64,000 nucleotides of DNA, from contig CAVVOP010000021.1 of the NCBI GenBank assembly GCA_963749915.1, positions 416,001 to 480,000 on the forward strand. Reading direction: 5' to 3'. Both the position numbers and the translations under genes were made by a program. The notes beneath the pieces are model-generated. The model made no database searches and was not told the DNA's origin. It saw only the letters and a list, made by a program, of their open reading frames with translations. This DNA is from an uncultured cyanobacterium. GTDB lineage: Bacteria > Cyanobacteriota > Cyanobacteriia > Cyanobacteriales > Cyanobacteriaceae. Below are positions 63,732 through 64,000 of the stretch, one piece after another; position 1 is the stretch's first letter; every line of letters starts with the position of its first letter.

Positions 63732-63989
63732 ATGTTTACTCAAGGTTTCTCCGTTCACTATTCTCCCCTAAATTTCTTGGCAACTAAAACCGAAGGTATT
63801 ATTACTGGCATTAGAAATAAAGACGACAAAATTGTCAGAAAGCTGTTGTCAATGGGAATTAATGCAGGAATGCCTATCACCTTGGAACAAAAATTCCCTT
63901 CTTTTGTGATTAGAGTAGGTCAAACTCGAATTGCCCTCGATCAAGAGATTGCTAGTTCGATTAAGGTTAAAGTTACTACAAAAAATTAG
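63732..63989 (+). CDS. feoA: Ferrous iron transport protein A
   Basis: KLLSMGI...G, RIAL motifs. Confidence 0.92.
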   Translation: MFTQGFSVHYSPLNFLATKTEGIITGIRNKDDKIVRKLLSMGINAGMPITLEQKFPSFVIRVGQTRIALDQEIASSIKVKVTTKN

Positions 63990-64000
63990 TTATTGGTTAA

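Overview
Chromosomal window from a low-GC unicellular cyanobacterium. HIP1 GCGATCGC sites occur throughout, and the proteins look Cyanobacterium/Geminocystis-like (inferred by eye, not from a search). The window has three parts. (1) 1-29.8 kb is mostly housekeeping: murB 3' end, dapL, trpG, dgkA, ybeY, a ProA paralogue, aroA, ppsA, ruvA, CIRCE-controlled groEL2 and aqpZ. It also holds a doubly frameshifted PEP-CTERM gene, an IF7-like small protein and a sigma-70-like/DUF1822 pair. (2) 29.8-32.3 kb is a junction zone with two foreign-looking cassette-like genes, a decayed attC-like site, fused remnants of type I restriction genes (hsdM, hsdS) and a Phd antitoxin, and a MITE/IS-like end. (3) 32.3-64 kb is an uninterrupted Mo-nitrogenase cluster in two divergent arms. 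The right arm is nifB-fdxN-nifSUHDK-nifZ-nifEN, an amplified nifX/DUF269 block, nifW-hesAB-fdxH and split feoB-feoA. The left arm is cysE-dps-nifV-nifT-CBS/CP12-fdxB-flavodoxin-cysK-[2Fe-2S] protein-truncated nifO-like-thiol-dioxygenase-like cupin-SelO/YdiU, bracketed by a 29-bp direct repeat. The best candidate for an undescribed system is the redox/O2-protection module in the left arm. No rRNA, tRNA, CRISPR array, intact transposase, integrase or cnfR gene was recognised.
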